DNA of 64,000 nt, from NCBI GenBank assembly GCA_052033935.1, contig JBPOJE010000011.1:2909-66908 (forward strand), read 5' to 3'. Position 1 is the first letter of the stretch, and the number at the start of each line of letters is the position of its first letter. Positions 1-9,670 of the stretch are shown piece by piece. Below the pieces are notes generated by a model. It worked only from the letters and a program-made list of their open reading frames with translations, had not been told where the DNA came from and made no database searches. The stretch is from Armatimonadota bacterium. Its GTDB lineage: Bacteria; Armatimonadota; UBA5829; DSUL01. The translations under genes and the position numbers were made by a program.

Positions 1-111
1 TCGCCGGAGATTCTGGTTTGGCAGGACACGATACGCCCGATTGCCGGCACGCGTCCGCGGGGGCGCTCGAACGATGAGGGCCTCGCGCTCGATAAAGAGC
101 TGCTCACCGAC
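1..111 (+). pseudogene. trpE: Anthranilate synthase component I internal fragment, truncated at a deletion junction (gene starts left of window)
   Basis: Frame 1 reads SPEILVWQDTIRPIAGTRPRGRSNDEGLALDKELLTD, matching the TrpE SPE...RPIAGTRPRG...ELLAD segment. The expected continuation (PKE.AEH.MLVDL) is absent. Confidence 0.85.
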
Positions 112-722
112 GTGCTGGGGCGCTGGGAGTCCCCATCAATCTTCCGACCGAAGCGGTGGGACAGCTCATTGACGAGACCGGAATCGGGTTTCTGTTCGCC
201 GCCGCTCTGCACCCCGCAATGAAGCACGCGGCGATCCCGCGAAGGGAGATTGGCGTGCGGACGGTCTTCAACCTGCTCGGCCCTCTGACGAACCCTGCGA
301 GAGCGAAGCATCAGGTGCTGGGCGTCTTCGAGGAATGGGGCTGCGAGCTTCTGGCAGAGGCTCTGGCGAGGCTCGGCAGCGAGAAGGCGATGGTGGTGCA
401 CGGGCGCGCGGGCATTGACGAGATGGCAACGTTCGGCGAAACGCTGGTGTGCGAAGTGACCGGCGAGAAGGTGGAGAGCTGGGTTTTCAGGCCTGCCGAC
501 GCCGGGCTGAAGGAGATTGCGCCGGGAGCTATTGAGGGAGGCGCGCCGGCGGCAAGGGAGATATCCTGTTTGAACGCGGGCGCGGCGATATACGTTGCGG
601 GGCTCGCGGAGAGCCTGCAGGAAGGTATCGCGGCGGCGGACCACGCAGTAAGTGAAGGCGCGGCCATGGACGCCTTCGCGAGGTATCGCAACATGGCCCG
701 CGCGGAAGAGGAACGCTCTTGA
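109..722 (+). pseudogene. trpD: Anthranilate phosphoribosyltransferase, C-terminal two-thirds only; 1-nt frameshift near 118 and an apparent internal in-frame deletion near 540
   Basis: Reads DVL(E)ALGVPINLPTEAVGQLIDETGIGFLFAAALHPAMKHA...RTVFNLLGPLTNPA...GIDE. The N-terminal helical domain and GTGGD motif are missing. GGAPAAREISCLNAGAA lacks about 15 residues normally found between GG and the LNA motif. Confidence 0.88.
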
Positions 723-1549
723 TTCTGGACGAGATAACCAGGCACAAACGCGAGGAAGTGGCGTCGCGCAAGCGCGAGCGGCCGCTAGCGAGTCTGGAGG
801 CTGAGCTTTCGGGCACTGGCGCGACCCGGGGTTTCCGCGCAGCTCTCTGGCAGAGCGCTCAGGGAGAGCGCCGCCGCGACAGAGCAGCCGGGCGCCTTCC
901 GCATGGGCCGCCTCTGACGCCCCGGCTGATCGCCGAGATCAAGAAGCGCTCGCCCAGCAAGGGAGCCATCCGCACGGGAATGGACCCGGTGGCGGTGGCA
1001 CGCGCTTACAAAGAGGGAGGGGCTGCCTGTCTTTCGGTTCTGACGGACTCGAAGTTCTTCGGAGGGACCATCGGCCGGATCGCTGAGGTGCGCGCGGCGG
1101 TGGACCTGCCGGTGCTGCAGAAGGACTTCGTCGTGGACCCGTATCAGATTGTGGAAGCGCGGCTGTGCGGGGCAGACTGCGTTCTTCTGATTGCGGCAGC
1201 GCTCGATGAATCGGAAATGCGGGAGATGCACGAGGTTGCCGCCAGCCTGGGGCTTGACGCACTCGTGGAGGCTCACAGCCGCGACGAACTGGAGAGGGCG
1301 CTGGTCGGCGGATACGGTCTCATCGGGCTGAACAACCGCAACCTGCACACGTTCGAGGTGTCGCTCGACACTACTCTCACGCTTGCCCCGCTCGTGCCAC
1401 CGGACAGGGTGCTGGTTAGCGAAAGCGGCATCTACAGCCGCGAGGACATTGACCGGGTCGCGCATGCGGGAGTGGACGCGGTGCTGGTGGGCGAAGCTCT
1501 GATGACGTCGGAGGATATCGCGGGCAAAGCGAGAGAGCTTTGCGGTTGA
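719..1549 (+). CDS. trpC: Indole-3-glycerol phosphate synthase
   Basis: Motifs [61 protein letters not shown] start overlaps the trpD stop. Confidence 0.95.
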   Translation: MILDEITRHKREEVASRKRERPLASLEAELSGTGATRGFRAALWQSAQGERRRDRAAGRLPHGPPLTPRLIAEIKKRSPSKGAIRTGMDPVAVARAYKEGGAACLSVLTDSKFFGGTIGRIAEVRAAVDLPVLQKDFVVDPYQIVEARLCGADCVLLIAAALDESEMREMHEVAASLGLDALVEAHSRDELERALVGGYGLIGLNNRNLHTFEVSLDTTLTLAPLVPPDRVLVSESGIYSREDIDRVAHAGVDAVLVGEALMTSEDIAGKARELCG

Positions 1550-2170
1550 CCCGCATCAAGATTTGTGGTATCACCCAGCTAACGGACGCCGCCGCCATCG
1601 AGGCCGGGGCCGACGCGCTGGGATTCGTTTTCGCTGACAGCCCACGCCGCATCACACCCGGAGCCGCGCGAGACATCATCAGACAGCTCCCGCCGTTCGT
1701 TCCGACCGTGGGGGTCTTTGTTGTGGATCCGGCGAGCGGGGAAGAATAGAGCGCACGGCGGACACCTGCGGGCTTGGAGTCATTCAGCTTCATTGCGGCT
1801 ACAGCGCGGACCTGGCGCGGGCGCTGCGGCACAGACCGCTGGTGCTGGGCGCACGGGTCAGGAACAGAGCCTCGCTGAAGAGCATCCCGGGCATTGAGGA
1901 TGCCTGCGGGCTTCTGCTCGACACGCACGTGGAAGGAGTCGCCGGCGGAACCGGGCGCACGTTGGACTGGAGCCTGGCGGTGGAGGCCGAGAATCTCGGC
2001 AAGCCTGTTATCCTGTCGGGCGGCCTGACGCCAGAGAACGTCGCTCAGGTGAGACCGCGCATCCGTACGCGGTGGATGTCTCGTCGGGCGTGGAGTCGTC
2101 GCCCGGCAGAAAGGATCCGGAAAGGGTCAGAGAGTTTATTGAGCGCGCAAGAAGCACAGACACCCGTTAG
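1540..2170 (+). pseudogene. trpF: Phosphoribosylanthranilate isomerase with two frameshifts (~1740 and ~2050-2060)
   Basis: Frame 1: RIKICGIT...[14 protein letters not shown]. Frame 3 from ~1743: IQLH...LLLDT...GGTGRTLDW...[14 protein letters not shown]. Frame 2 from 2060: [19 protein letters not shown], ending at TAG 2168-2170. Confidence 0.9.
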
Positions 2171-3377
2171 CCCTCCGCCCGAATGGCACTTCGGCCCGTA
2201 CGGCGGCCGCTTCGTGCCCGAGACTCTGGTGCCGGCCCTCGACGAGCTGGCCCGAATCTATACAGACAGCCAGAACGACCCGGAGTTCCGCAAGGAACTT
2301 GATTTCTACCTCAAGTCTTATGTCGGACGCCCCACGGGCCTTTACTACGCCCGGCGGCTCACCGAGCATCTGGGCGGGGCGCGCATCTACCTGAAGCGCG
2401 AAGACCTCTGCCACACCGGCGCGCACAAGCTGAACAACGTGATGGGGCAGATTCTGCTTGCGCGGAAGATGGGCAAGCCGCGGATCATCGCCGAGACGGG
2501 CGCGGGCCAGCACGGCGTTGCGACGGCGACGGTGTGCGCGCTGTTCGAGTTCGAATGCGAAGTGTATATGGGGGAGGAAGACGTTCACAGGCAGGCGCTG
2601 AACGTCTTCCGCATGGAGCTTCTGGGCGCAAAGGTAAGGCCGGTAACTTCAGGGACGCGGACGCTCAAGGACGCGACGAACGAGGCCATGCGCGACTGGG
2701 TCACCAACGTCGAGAACACGCACTACGTGATCGGGTCGGTGGTCGGCCCCTACCCCTACCCTCTGATGGTGCGCGAGTTCCAGTCGGTGATAGGCCGCGA
2801 GACCAGGCAGCAGATACTGGAAATGGAAGGCAAGCTGCCGGACTACGTGCTGGCCTGCGTCGGCGGCGGATCGAACGCAATGGGGATCTTCCATCCGTTT
2901 GTGCAGGACGCCGGGGTCAAGCTCGTGGGAGTGGAAGCGGGCGGGGAGGGAATCAACTCCGGGGCGACGGCGGCAACACTGCTCGCAGGGAGCCCGGGCG
3001 TGCTTCATGGGGCTTTCAGCTATCTGCTTCAGGACAAGGCAGGCCAGGTGAGCGAGACTCATTCGGTTTCGGCGGGGCTGGACTATCCGGGGGTAGGCCC
3101 GGAGCATAGCTGGCTGCGAGACAGCGGCCGCGCCGAGTATGCCTCCGCAACCGACGCGGAGGCGATGGAGGCGTTTAAACTGCTGTCGCGCCTCGAGGGG
3201 ATCATCCCCGCGCTGGAGCCGTCGCACGCCATCGCGCACTGCTGCAAGCTGGCGCCGGGATTGCCCGCTGACAGTATCGTCGTCGTCAACCTCTCCGGGC
3301 GGGGCGACAAGGACGTGGAAACAGTTGCCCGACTGTTGGAGACGCGAAGTGAACCGGATCAGCCGTCGCTTTTCTGA
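2139..3377 (+). CDS. trpB: Tryptophan synthase beta chain (start inferred at TTG 2139)
   Basis: [24 protein letters not shown] (PLP lysine), [40 protein letters not shown]; uninterrupted. Confidence 0.97.
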   Translation: MSAQEAQTPVSPPPEWHFGPYGGRFVPETLVPALDELARIYTDSQNDPEFRKELDFYLKSYVGRPTGLYYARRLTEHLGGARIYLKREDLCHTGAHKLNNVMGQILLARKMGKPRIIAETGAGQHGVATATVCALFEFECEVYMGEEDVHRQALNVFRMELLGAKVRPVTSGTRTLKDATNEAMRDWVTNVENTHYVIGSVVGPYPYPLMVREFQSVIGRETRQQILEMEGKLPDYVLACVGGGSNAMGIFHPFVQDAGVKLVGVEAGGEGINSGATAATLLAGSPGVLHGAFSYLLQDKAGQVSETHSVSAGLDYPGVGPEHSWLRDSGRAEYASATDAEAMEAFKLLSRLEGIIPALEPSHAIAHCCKLAPGLPADSIVVVNLSGRGDKDVETVARLLETRSEPDQPSLF

Positions 3378-4164
3378 ACTCAAGGAGCGGGATGAGGGCG
3401 CTCTTGTTCCTTTCATAACCGGAGGGGATCCGGGCATTTTTGCCACGGACCCGCTGGTGCTGGAGATGGAAGCGGCGGGCGCGGACATCGTTGAGATCGG
3501 GATACCGTTCTCGGACCCGCTTGCCGACGGCCCCAGCAACCAGGCGGCGTATAATCGCGCGCTTCTGCGCGGAGTCACGGCAGCGGACGTTCTGTCGGCG
3601 GTTGCGCGCATACGGCAGGTGAGCGACATCCCGCTCGTGCTTATGACGTATTACAATCCGGTGCTGCACTACGGGCTGGATGCGTTTGCCGAAGATGCGG
3701 CGGCGGCGGGCGTGGACGGTGTGATCGTGACCGATCTGACTCCCGAGGAAGCCGGTGTGTGGAAGGCCGTTGCCCTCAAGACGGGCCTGGACACGGTCTT
3801 CCTGCTGGCGCCGACGAGCACGGACGAGCGCATTCAGATGGTGGCGAATTTGGGCTCGGGATTCGTGTATTGCGTCAGCCGGACAGGGATAACGGGCGCC
3901 CGGGCGGCGGTCCCGCCGGATTTGGGAGAACTTGTGGGAAGGATACGCAGGTTTACTGACAACCCTGTCGTAGTAGGTTTTGGCATATCAACGCAGGAGC
4001 AGGTGCGGGAGGTATGCCGCGTAGGGGATGGCGCTGTGGTGGGCAGCGCGCTGGTTGACTTCATCAATTCGAAACACCGCCAGGACGACTTCCTGCAGAG
4101 AGTGCGCAAGTTCGTTCAGGATCTGAAGGGCGGGACGCGCCGAGATATGGCGCGAACGGTCTAA
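3349..4164 (+). CDS. trpA: Tryptophan synthase alpha chain (GTG 3349)
   Basis: [58 protein letters not shown]. Confidence 0.97.
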   Translation: MNRISRRFSELKERDEGALVPFITGGDPGIFATDPLVLEMEAAGADIVEIGIPFSDPLADGPSNQAAYNRALLRGVTAADVLSAVARIRQVSDIPLVLMTYYNPVLHYGLDAFAEDAAAAGVDGVIVTDLTPEEAGVWKAVALKTGLDTVFLLAPTSTDERIQMVANLGSGFVYCVSRTGITGARAAVPPDLGELVGRIRRFTDNPVVVGFGISTQEQVREVCRVGDGAVVGSALVDFINSKHRQDDFLQRVRKFVQDLKGGTRRDMARTV

Positions 4165-4206
4165 AAGGCCCGATCGAGGCTCACTCTCACTAGCTCAGAT
4201 AGAACT

Positions 4207-4929
4207 ATGTACACCAAAGCACAGTTTGCGAAGATGTTGGACTACACGCTTCTGCGGCCGACATCCACGCGCGATGACGTGATCCGCATGTGCTCCGAAG
4301 CGCGGGGTTACCATTTCGCCAGCCTCTGCATCCTGCCCTGCTGGGTGGGGACGGCGGCGAAGCACCTGGAAGGCAGCGACGTGAAGGTGGGGACGGTCGT
4401 GAGCTTTCCGCTGGGAGCGTGCCCGCGCGTTGTGAAGGTAGCCGAGGCCAAGGCCGCGCTCGGCAAGGGCGCGGAGGAGCTGGACGTTGTCTTCAACATC
4501 TCCGCGTTCAAGAGCCGGGAATACGATCTGGTGGAGCGCGAGGTGCGCGACCTGGTGGACACCGTTCGCCTAGACGGCATTACCAGTGAGGACAAGCGCT
4601 GCCAGATCAAGTTCATCATCGAGACCTGCTATCTGAGCGACGAAGAGAAGAAGCTGGCCTGCGAGATCGTCCGGGACTCGGGGGCGGACTTCATCAAGAC
4701 CTCCACCGGGACAGGTCCCGCCGGGGCCACGGTCGAGGACATCCGGCTTATCCGCCGCATCGTGGGGCCGGGAATGGGTGTGAAGGCGGCGGGGGGCATT
4801 CGCACGGTGGAGCAGGTGATAGACCTGCTGGATGCAGGAGCAAACCGCATTGGCACGAGCGCCGCCCTGCAGCTTCTGGAGATGTTCCATCCGGAGGAGT
4901 TCATGTCTGCTCCGGAGGAAGGAGAATAG
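4207..4929 (+). CDS. deoC: Deoxyribose-phosphate aldolase
   Basis: LDYTLLRP, VVSFPLG, EELDVVFN, KFIIET, DFIKTSTG, VKAAGGIR, RIGTS. Confidence 0.96.
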   Translation: MYTKAQFAKMLDYTLLRPTSTRDDVIRMCSEARGYHFASLCILPCWVGTAAKHLEGSDVKVGTVVSFPLGACPRVVKVAEAKAALGKGAEELDVVFNISAFKSREYDLVEREVRDLVDTVRLDGITSEDKRCQIKFIIETCYLSDEEKKLACEIVRDSGADFIKTSTGTGPAGATVEDIRLIRRIVGPGMGVKAAGGIRTVEQVIDLLDAGANRIGTSAALQLLEMFHPEEFMSAPEEGE

Positions 4930-4939
4930 CCCTCCTCCC

Positions 4940-5692
4940 TTGCCTCTCTACCGCTCCACGGCCATTGTGCTGAGAAGGCGCCAGTTCGAGGAGACGGACA
5001 AGCTGCTCGTTCTGTACGGGCGCGAACAGGGGAAGTTTTCGGCGATTGCGAAGGGGGCGCGGCGGGCGCAGAGCCGCTTTGTGGGAGCAACAGAACCGCT
5101 GGTGTATGCGCGCATGCTGCTCGCGACCGGGCGCAACCTCGACATCGTCACCGAAGCCACCCCCCGGCACACCTTCGCCGGCCTTCGGACAAGCGCAAGC
5201 AAGATCGAGTATGCGCTGTATCTCGCCGAGCTGACGGAAGCGCTTGTGGACGAGCGGCAGGCTTCGAGCGAACTCTTCGATCTTCTGCTTTCTTCGCTGT
5301 ATCTTCTGGAGAACCGTTCGTGCGAAGAGACGGTCGGGCGGCGCTTCGAGATGCAGGCGCTCGATTTGACGGGCTACTCGCCGGAACTCAGCCGCTGCGT
5401 CGTGTGCCGCGCCGTTCGTCCGCCCGAGCGGCCGGCTTCGTATTCCCCGGCGCACGGAGGCATTCTGTGCAACCGATGCAGCGCCGGGCAACAGGAGATT
5501 CTCGCCGGGCCATCCGTTGCGTTGGAGGGCATGAGGCGTCTGCTCACGCTCCCGGCGCACGAGATAGACAGCTTCTCACTCAGCGCATCCGGCCAGCGCA
5601 GCCTGCGCAGGATTCTGCGCGCACACATCAGCTATCATCTCGAGCGCGACCTGAAGTCGGCAATGGCGATTGCTCAGGAAGAGCAGGAGTGA
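4940..5692 (+). CDS. recO: DNA repair protein RecO (TTG 4940)
   Basis: AIVLRRRQFEETDKLLVLYGREQGK..AIAKGARR; zinc-finger CVVC...GGILCNRC. Confidence 0.95.
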   Translation: MPLYRSTAIVLRRRQFEETDKLLVLYGREQGKFSAIAKGARRAQSRFVGATEPLVYARMLLATGRNLDIVTEATPRHTFAGLRTSASKIEYALYLAELTEALVDERQASSELFDLLLSSLYLLENRSCEETVGRRFEMQALDLTGYSPELSRCVVCRAVRPPERPASYSPAHGGILCNRCSAGQQEILAGPSVALEGMRRLLTLPAHEIDSFSLSASGQRSLRRILRAHISYHLERDLKSAMAIAQEEQE

Positions 5693-5711
5693 GCGGAGCG
5701 CGGGCTGTACG

Positions 5712-5746
5712 CAGCAGAGGCCCCGATGCGGACGGGGCCTCTGCTG
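5712..5746. terminator. 14-bp stem-loop between convergent genes, probable terminator
   Basis: CAGCAGAGGCCCCG-ATGCGGA-CGGGGCCTCTGCTG is a perfect inverted repeat downstream of recO. Confidence 0.7.
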
Positions 5747-5785
5747 TTCTCGTGGCTTCTCATGCTCGCGGTATAAGACTGTAAG

Positions 5786-6220
5786 CTACCTCCTGGCGCC
5801 TGCTTTCTTTCTGGTACCGCCGGGCCCCGCGGGAGCCTGCTTCTTCTGATCCTGCCTGCGGGCCTTCATGCACTCCTCAAGCTTCGTCTGCTGAGCCTTG
5901 GTCAGCACTTTGCCGATCTCGGCTTTGCGCGCTTCGGCGAGCTTCTTGAACGCGGCATTCTTCTGCGCTTCAGTCTGCTTGGAGTTCCGAAGATCGGTCA
6001 TCTTCGAACGATACTTCTCGTTGATCGTCTTCAGAGCGGTCTTCTGCTTGTCGGTGAGGTTGAGCTTGTCCCAGCAGGGACTGGCCTTCGCGCGGACGCC
6101 CACTTTCGCCCTCGGCGCGCCGGAGGGCTTCGTGTTTCCGGCAAAGGAGGGCTGGACCACCGCGCACCCGAAAAGGGCAAGCGGAACAACGGCCAGAAAT
6201 GTCGCTTTTGAGATTCTCAA
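5786..6220 (-). CDS. Secreted basic helical protein, Spy/CpxP (LTXXQ)-like
   Basis: GGAGAGGAG RBS before TTG 6220; signal-peptide-like N-terminus; repeated LTDKQK and LTKAQQ motifs. Confidence 0.7.
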   Translation of the reverse strand: MRISKATFLAVVPLALFGCAVVQPSFAGNTKPSGAPRAKVGVRAKASPCWDKLNLTDKQKTALKTINEKYRSKMTDLRNSKQTEAQKNAAFKKLAEARKAEIGKVLTKAQQTKLEECMKARRQDQKKQAPAGPGGTRKKAGARR

Positions 6221-6354
6221 AGGGTGACTCCTCTCCGTTCTCGGTTGGCGCCGGGCTGCTTTCAAGAGGTCTGACGCCGCCGGTGCAGGACTCTTAACAG
6301 CAGTCACGAACTTTTGAAGCAAAACATTCCCAACCGAAAGGCCGCGCAAAAGAC

Positions 6355-7443
6355 ATGACACTCTTCTCGAACAAACTCAACAGGGTTCGCCAGCTTCTGG
6401 AGCAACAGGGACTGGACGCCGCCGTGTTCACAAGCACGGCCAACTTCGCATGGCTGACAGGGGGCGACAGTCACGTGGGCCTCGCGTCCAACACCGGGCC
6501 GTCGGCAGCCCTGGTGACGCGGGACCGCGTCGTGGTGCTCTGCGACAACATCGAGGCACCGCGCATCGCAGCCGAGGAGACCGGCGATCTGGGAGTCGAA
6601 ATGTGCATCTACCCGTGGTGGGAAGGGCTGTCGGAGGAGCGGGTGCGCGATATCGCCGGAAGCGACCGGTGGCTGGCGGATATCCCGATGACGGGACGCC
6701 CGTCGCTCGAAGCCCTGCTGTACCCCCTGCGCGCGGCGCTCGACGACAGCGAGGTCGAGACCTACCGCGAACTTGGGCTGGTGACGGGCCTTGCGATCGA
6801 GGAGGCCGCGCAGAGCGTGGAGATCGGGCAGAGCGAGCACGAGATTGCGGCGGAGCTTGCGCGCGGGCTGCTGAAGCGCGGAGCAACTCCGACGGTGCTG
6901 CTGATTGCGGCGGATGAGCGCATCAGCCGCTTCCGGCATCCGATCCCAACATCAAAGCGGGTGGAGCGGATGTGCATGCTGGTGGCGGGCGCGAGGATGA
7001 AGGGGCTGATCTGCTCGGCGACGCGCATCATTCACTTCGGCAAGCTATCGGCGGATCTGGTGGAGAAGCACAGGGCGGTCTGCACGGTTGATGCGGCGCT
7101 GCTGGCGCATACGGTGCCCGGTGAGACCGCCGGAGACGCGATGAAAGCCGGTATAGCTGCCTACACCGCGGCGGGGTATCCGGACGAATGGACTCTGCAT
7201 CATCAGGGGGGGCCGACCGGCTACAGGCCGCGCGAGTTCCGCGCCACGGCGGAGAGCATACAGGTGATAGCCCCGGAGCAGGCCTTCGCGTGGAACCCGT
7301 CCATCACCGGGACCAAGTCGGAAGACACCGTCCTTGCGCGGGAGCCCGCGCCGCTGGTGCTGACGGTGTCGCCGGAGTGGCCCGTGACACCGTCCGGCCC
7401 TCCGGGAGCGCGGTTCGATCGGCCGGACATACTGGTAAAGTAG
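6355..7443 (+). CDS. M24 family (Xaa-Pro aminopeptidase/creatinase-like) peptidase
   Basis: Creatinase-like N-terminal domain (GLDAAVFTSTANFAWLTGG), HHQGGPTGY, WNPSITGTKSEDT. Confidence 0.85.
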   Translation: MTLFSNKLNRVRQLLEQQGLDAAVFTSTANFAWLTGGDSHVGLASNTGPSAALVTRDRVVVLCDNIEAPRIAAEETGDLGVEMCIYPWWEGLSEERVRDIAGSDRWLADIPMTGRPSLEALLYPLRAALDDSEVETYRELGLVTGLAIEEAAQSVEIGQSEHEIAAELARGLLKRGATPTVLLIAADERISRFRHPIPTSKRVERMCMLVAGARMKGLICSATRIIHFGKLSADLVEKHRAVCTVDAALLAHTVPGETAGDAMKAGIAAYTAAGYPDEWTLHHQGGPTGYRPREFRATAESIQVIAPEQAFAWNPSITGTKSEDTVLAREPAPLVLTVSPEWPVTPSGPPGARFDRPDILVK

Positions 7444-7550
7444 TCTCGCCCAGCGGAACAATACACCGGTTCAGGATGCTCAAATCAGATGAGGGAGGGA
7501 TATCCGCGTGTTCCGTTTCGGCGGGAGAGGCGGGAAAGAGGTACTGACCG

Positions 7551-8096
7551 GTGCTCTGCAAGGAATTCCGAGCGGCCATTGACAGCTATATGGACGGGTC
7601 CCTTGCGCCATCGAAACAACACGCGATGGACGCGCATGCGGACGGCTGCCCTCAGTGCAGGGCGGACCTCGCCGTTGCCCGGCTGCTGTCCCGGCCGCCC
7701 GCGCCGGACCCGGACACTGAGCTTACCCCGGGCGAGCTTGCACGCGTTGCGCTCTCACCCTCGGTTACGCGGCTCGCGCACGGCATCATCGCGCAGGCGC
7801 TTCGTGACAGAGCGACCGAGGTGCTTCTGGACCCCGTGACGGATGGACTGCGCGTGGCCTACCGCGTGGAAGACGAACTGCGCGAGGTGATCACGATGCC
7901 GGGGTACGTCCGTCAGCCGCTGACAGCCCGGCTGAAGCAGATGGCGGATCTCAGCACATCCGACCGCCGCACGCCCCAGTGCGGAGACATCGCGGTCAGC
8001 CTGGACAACCAGCGCTACCTGGTTCGCGTGCTGACACACCCGGAGGGGCGCGTGGAGCGCCTTGTGCTCGTGATCGAATACCCCGAGAACGTCTGA
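7551..8096 (+). CDS. zf-HC2 zinc-finger domain fused to a GspE/PilB N2-like domain, with no ATPase domain
   Basis: N-terminus C..F...IDSYMDGSL......MDAHADGCPQC. C-terminus IIAQALRDRATEVLLDP...LRVAYRVEDELRE...RLKQMADL...DRRTPQCGDI...VRV.T.P...ERLVL. Confidence 0.75.
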   Translation: MLCKEFRAAIDSYMDGSLAPSKQHAMDAHADGCPQCRADLAVARLLSRPPAPDPDTELTPGELARVALSPSVTRLAHGIIAQALRDRATEVLLDPVTDGLRVAYRVEDELREVITMPGYVRQPLTARLKQMADLSTSDRRTPQCGDIAVSLDNQRYLVRVLTHPEGRVERLVLVIEYPENV

Positions 8097-8239
8097 GAGT
8101 GACTCAGTATGTCATCCACCCGCTGCTTGCCTCGGCAGGCGTGCGCTGCGGCGGACAATATCCGGCGAATATCGTCCCCACGCACGACCCCGCGCTTCTC
8201 GAACGCTGGCCCGGCGGCGCTATCGGCTGAGCGCGGGCT

Positions 8240-9052
8240 CTAGTTCCAGCCGAGCAGCCTCAGCATATTCGCCTCGACCGACTCCCAGTCATCGGCGCCG
8301 ACCTTGCGCGACTCGATGATGAGGGACGCCTTGCACCCTGTTTCCCGAAAGATGCGCCCGAACGTGGCGTAGTCTATTGTGGCGGCACCCGGGTAGAGGT
8401 GCTCGTCTTCTTTCCCGTGGTTGTCGTGCAGGTGCGTCGTGACCGTGCGTCCAAGCAGCGCCCGCGCGAGCTCGGGCAGCCTTTGAAGCAGATTAGCATG
8501 GCCGATGTCGAAGCAGATGCCGCAGTATTCGGGGTCCGCGCGGCCGATGATCTCGAACAACTCGTCCTCGCAGTTGCCGATTATGGTGCCCAGCATATTC
8601 TCGAGCGCGAGAATGACGCCGTGGGCGCGCGCGAATTCGGTCATCTCGGCCATGCTGTCGGCGGCCGCGTCTATGCGGGCGCGGCGCTCGGGCTGGTCGC
8701 CGTAGGTGCTCGGATGCACGACGATGAAGCGCGCCCCGAAATCGGCGGCGAGCAGCACGGTTTGCTTCTGAAGCAGCACCGCCGCCGCCCGGTCGCGCGG
8801 ATCGGGCGACCCGATGTCGGTTCCCGGGCCGAATGCCGAGTGGATGGAGTTGACACTGACCCCCGTATGCTGAAGGGCCTTCTTCATGGACGCGACGTCG
8901 CAGGGGTTGAACCCGTCGAAAGCAGGCGGGCTGAACAGCCCGATCTCCACAAGGCGGCAACCCGTCCAGGCCAGGCGGTAAACAGAATCAACCGACCGCT
9001 TCGCGTCCCCGCAGGCCGCCATCTGGCCGACGCAAAAACCATTATCGCTCAT
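8240..9052 (-). CDS. Sugar phosphate isomerase/epimerase (xylose-isomerase-like TIM barrel)
   Basis: SIHSAF, IVVHP, LALENM, ICFDIGHA, THLHDNHGKEDEHLYPG. Start taken at ATG 9052; the longer ORF upstream is a shadow of the + strand gene. Confidence 0.88.
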   Translation of the reverse strand: MSDNGFCVGQMAACGDAKRSVDSVYRLAWTGCRLVEIGLFSPPAFDGFNPCDVASMKKALQHTGVSVNSIHSAFGPGTDIGSPDPRDRAAAVLLQKQTVLLAADFGARFIVVHPSTYGDQPERRARIDAAADSMAEMTEFARAHGVILALENMLGTIIGNCEDELFEIIGRADPEYCGICFDIGHANLLQRLPELARALLGRTVTTHLHDNHGKEDEHLYPGAATIDYATFGRIFRETGCKASLIIESRKVGADDWESVEANMLRLLGWN

Positions 9053-9132
9053 ATGAACTCCCGAATCGAATATTGTCTGTTTTTCCTTCCGGAGCCGCGC
9101 CCGGATATCCTTCCCGGAAGGGGCGGCCGCGT

Positions 9133-9162
9133 TTGACAGGGGACTTCGCGCGTGGTTAAAGT
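9133..9162 (+). promoter_or_regulatory. Sigma70-type promoter for the 9194 operon
   Basis: TTGACA (9133-9138), 18-nt spacer, TAAAGT; AAGGAGG RBS upstream of ATG 9194. Confidence 0.6.
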
Positions 9163-9193
9163 ATGAGCGTGTGGAAATCAAGGAGGACCATCC

Positions 9194-9670
9194 ATGGCCG
9201 CCCAACTGAAGGAAGGCGACGCGGTGCAGGTAGTGGACCGCGAAGCGACTCCCGCTGACGAAAAGAACAGCATCTTTTTCAACCACTTCCGGAGCCTCAC
9301 CGGTACGATCGAGAAGGTATATCCGGACAAGCGCGCCACGGTGGTTGTGGACATTGACAGCCTGCCGGAGGAGATTCGCGACCGTCACCAGGAACTGACG
9401 CGGGCGGCGAAGCAGAAGTGGCTGGACGGGCTTTCGGCCGAGGCCCGCAACCGCCTCACCGCCGAAGAGCAGAAGTTTCAGATGCGCTACACGATACTGG
9501 TGTCGTTGAACGACCTGGTGAAGCAGGGATCGTCGCCCGCTCGCAAGGTGCCGGTGAAGGCTGCGAAGGAAGCGGACGCCACCGCGAAGGCCAAAGAGCC
9601 GCGCGTGCTGAGCCAGAAGGATCTGGACGCGGCCGAAGAGGAGTTCCTGCGATCGCGGCAACAGAAGTAG
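9194..9670 (+). CDS. Hypothetical protein (SH3/KOW-like N-terminus, helical C-terminus)
   Basis: Strong RBS and typical codon usage; LKEGDAVQVV...LTGTIEKVY...ATVVVD pattern. Confidence 0.75.
   Translation: MAAQLKEGDAVQVVDREATPADEKNSIFFNHFRSLTGTIEKVYPDKRATVVVDIDSLPEEIRDRHQELTRAAKQKWLDGLSAEARNRLTAEEQKFQMRYTILVSLNDLVKQGSSPARKVPVKAAKEADATAKAKEPRVLSQKDLDAAEEEFLRSRQQK

Noticed and set aside
1842-3377. Apparent TrpF-TrpB fusion (511-aa ORF)
   Set aside because: The true TrpF C-terminus ([10 protein letters not shown]…) is in another frame and ends at 2170. The fusion arises only from the frameshift near 2055.
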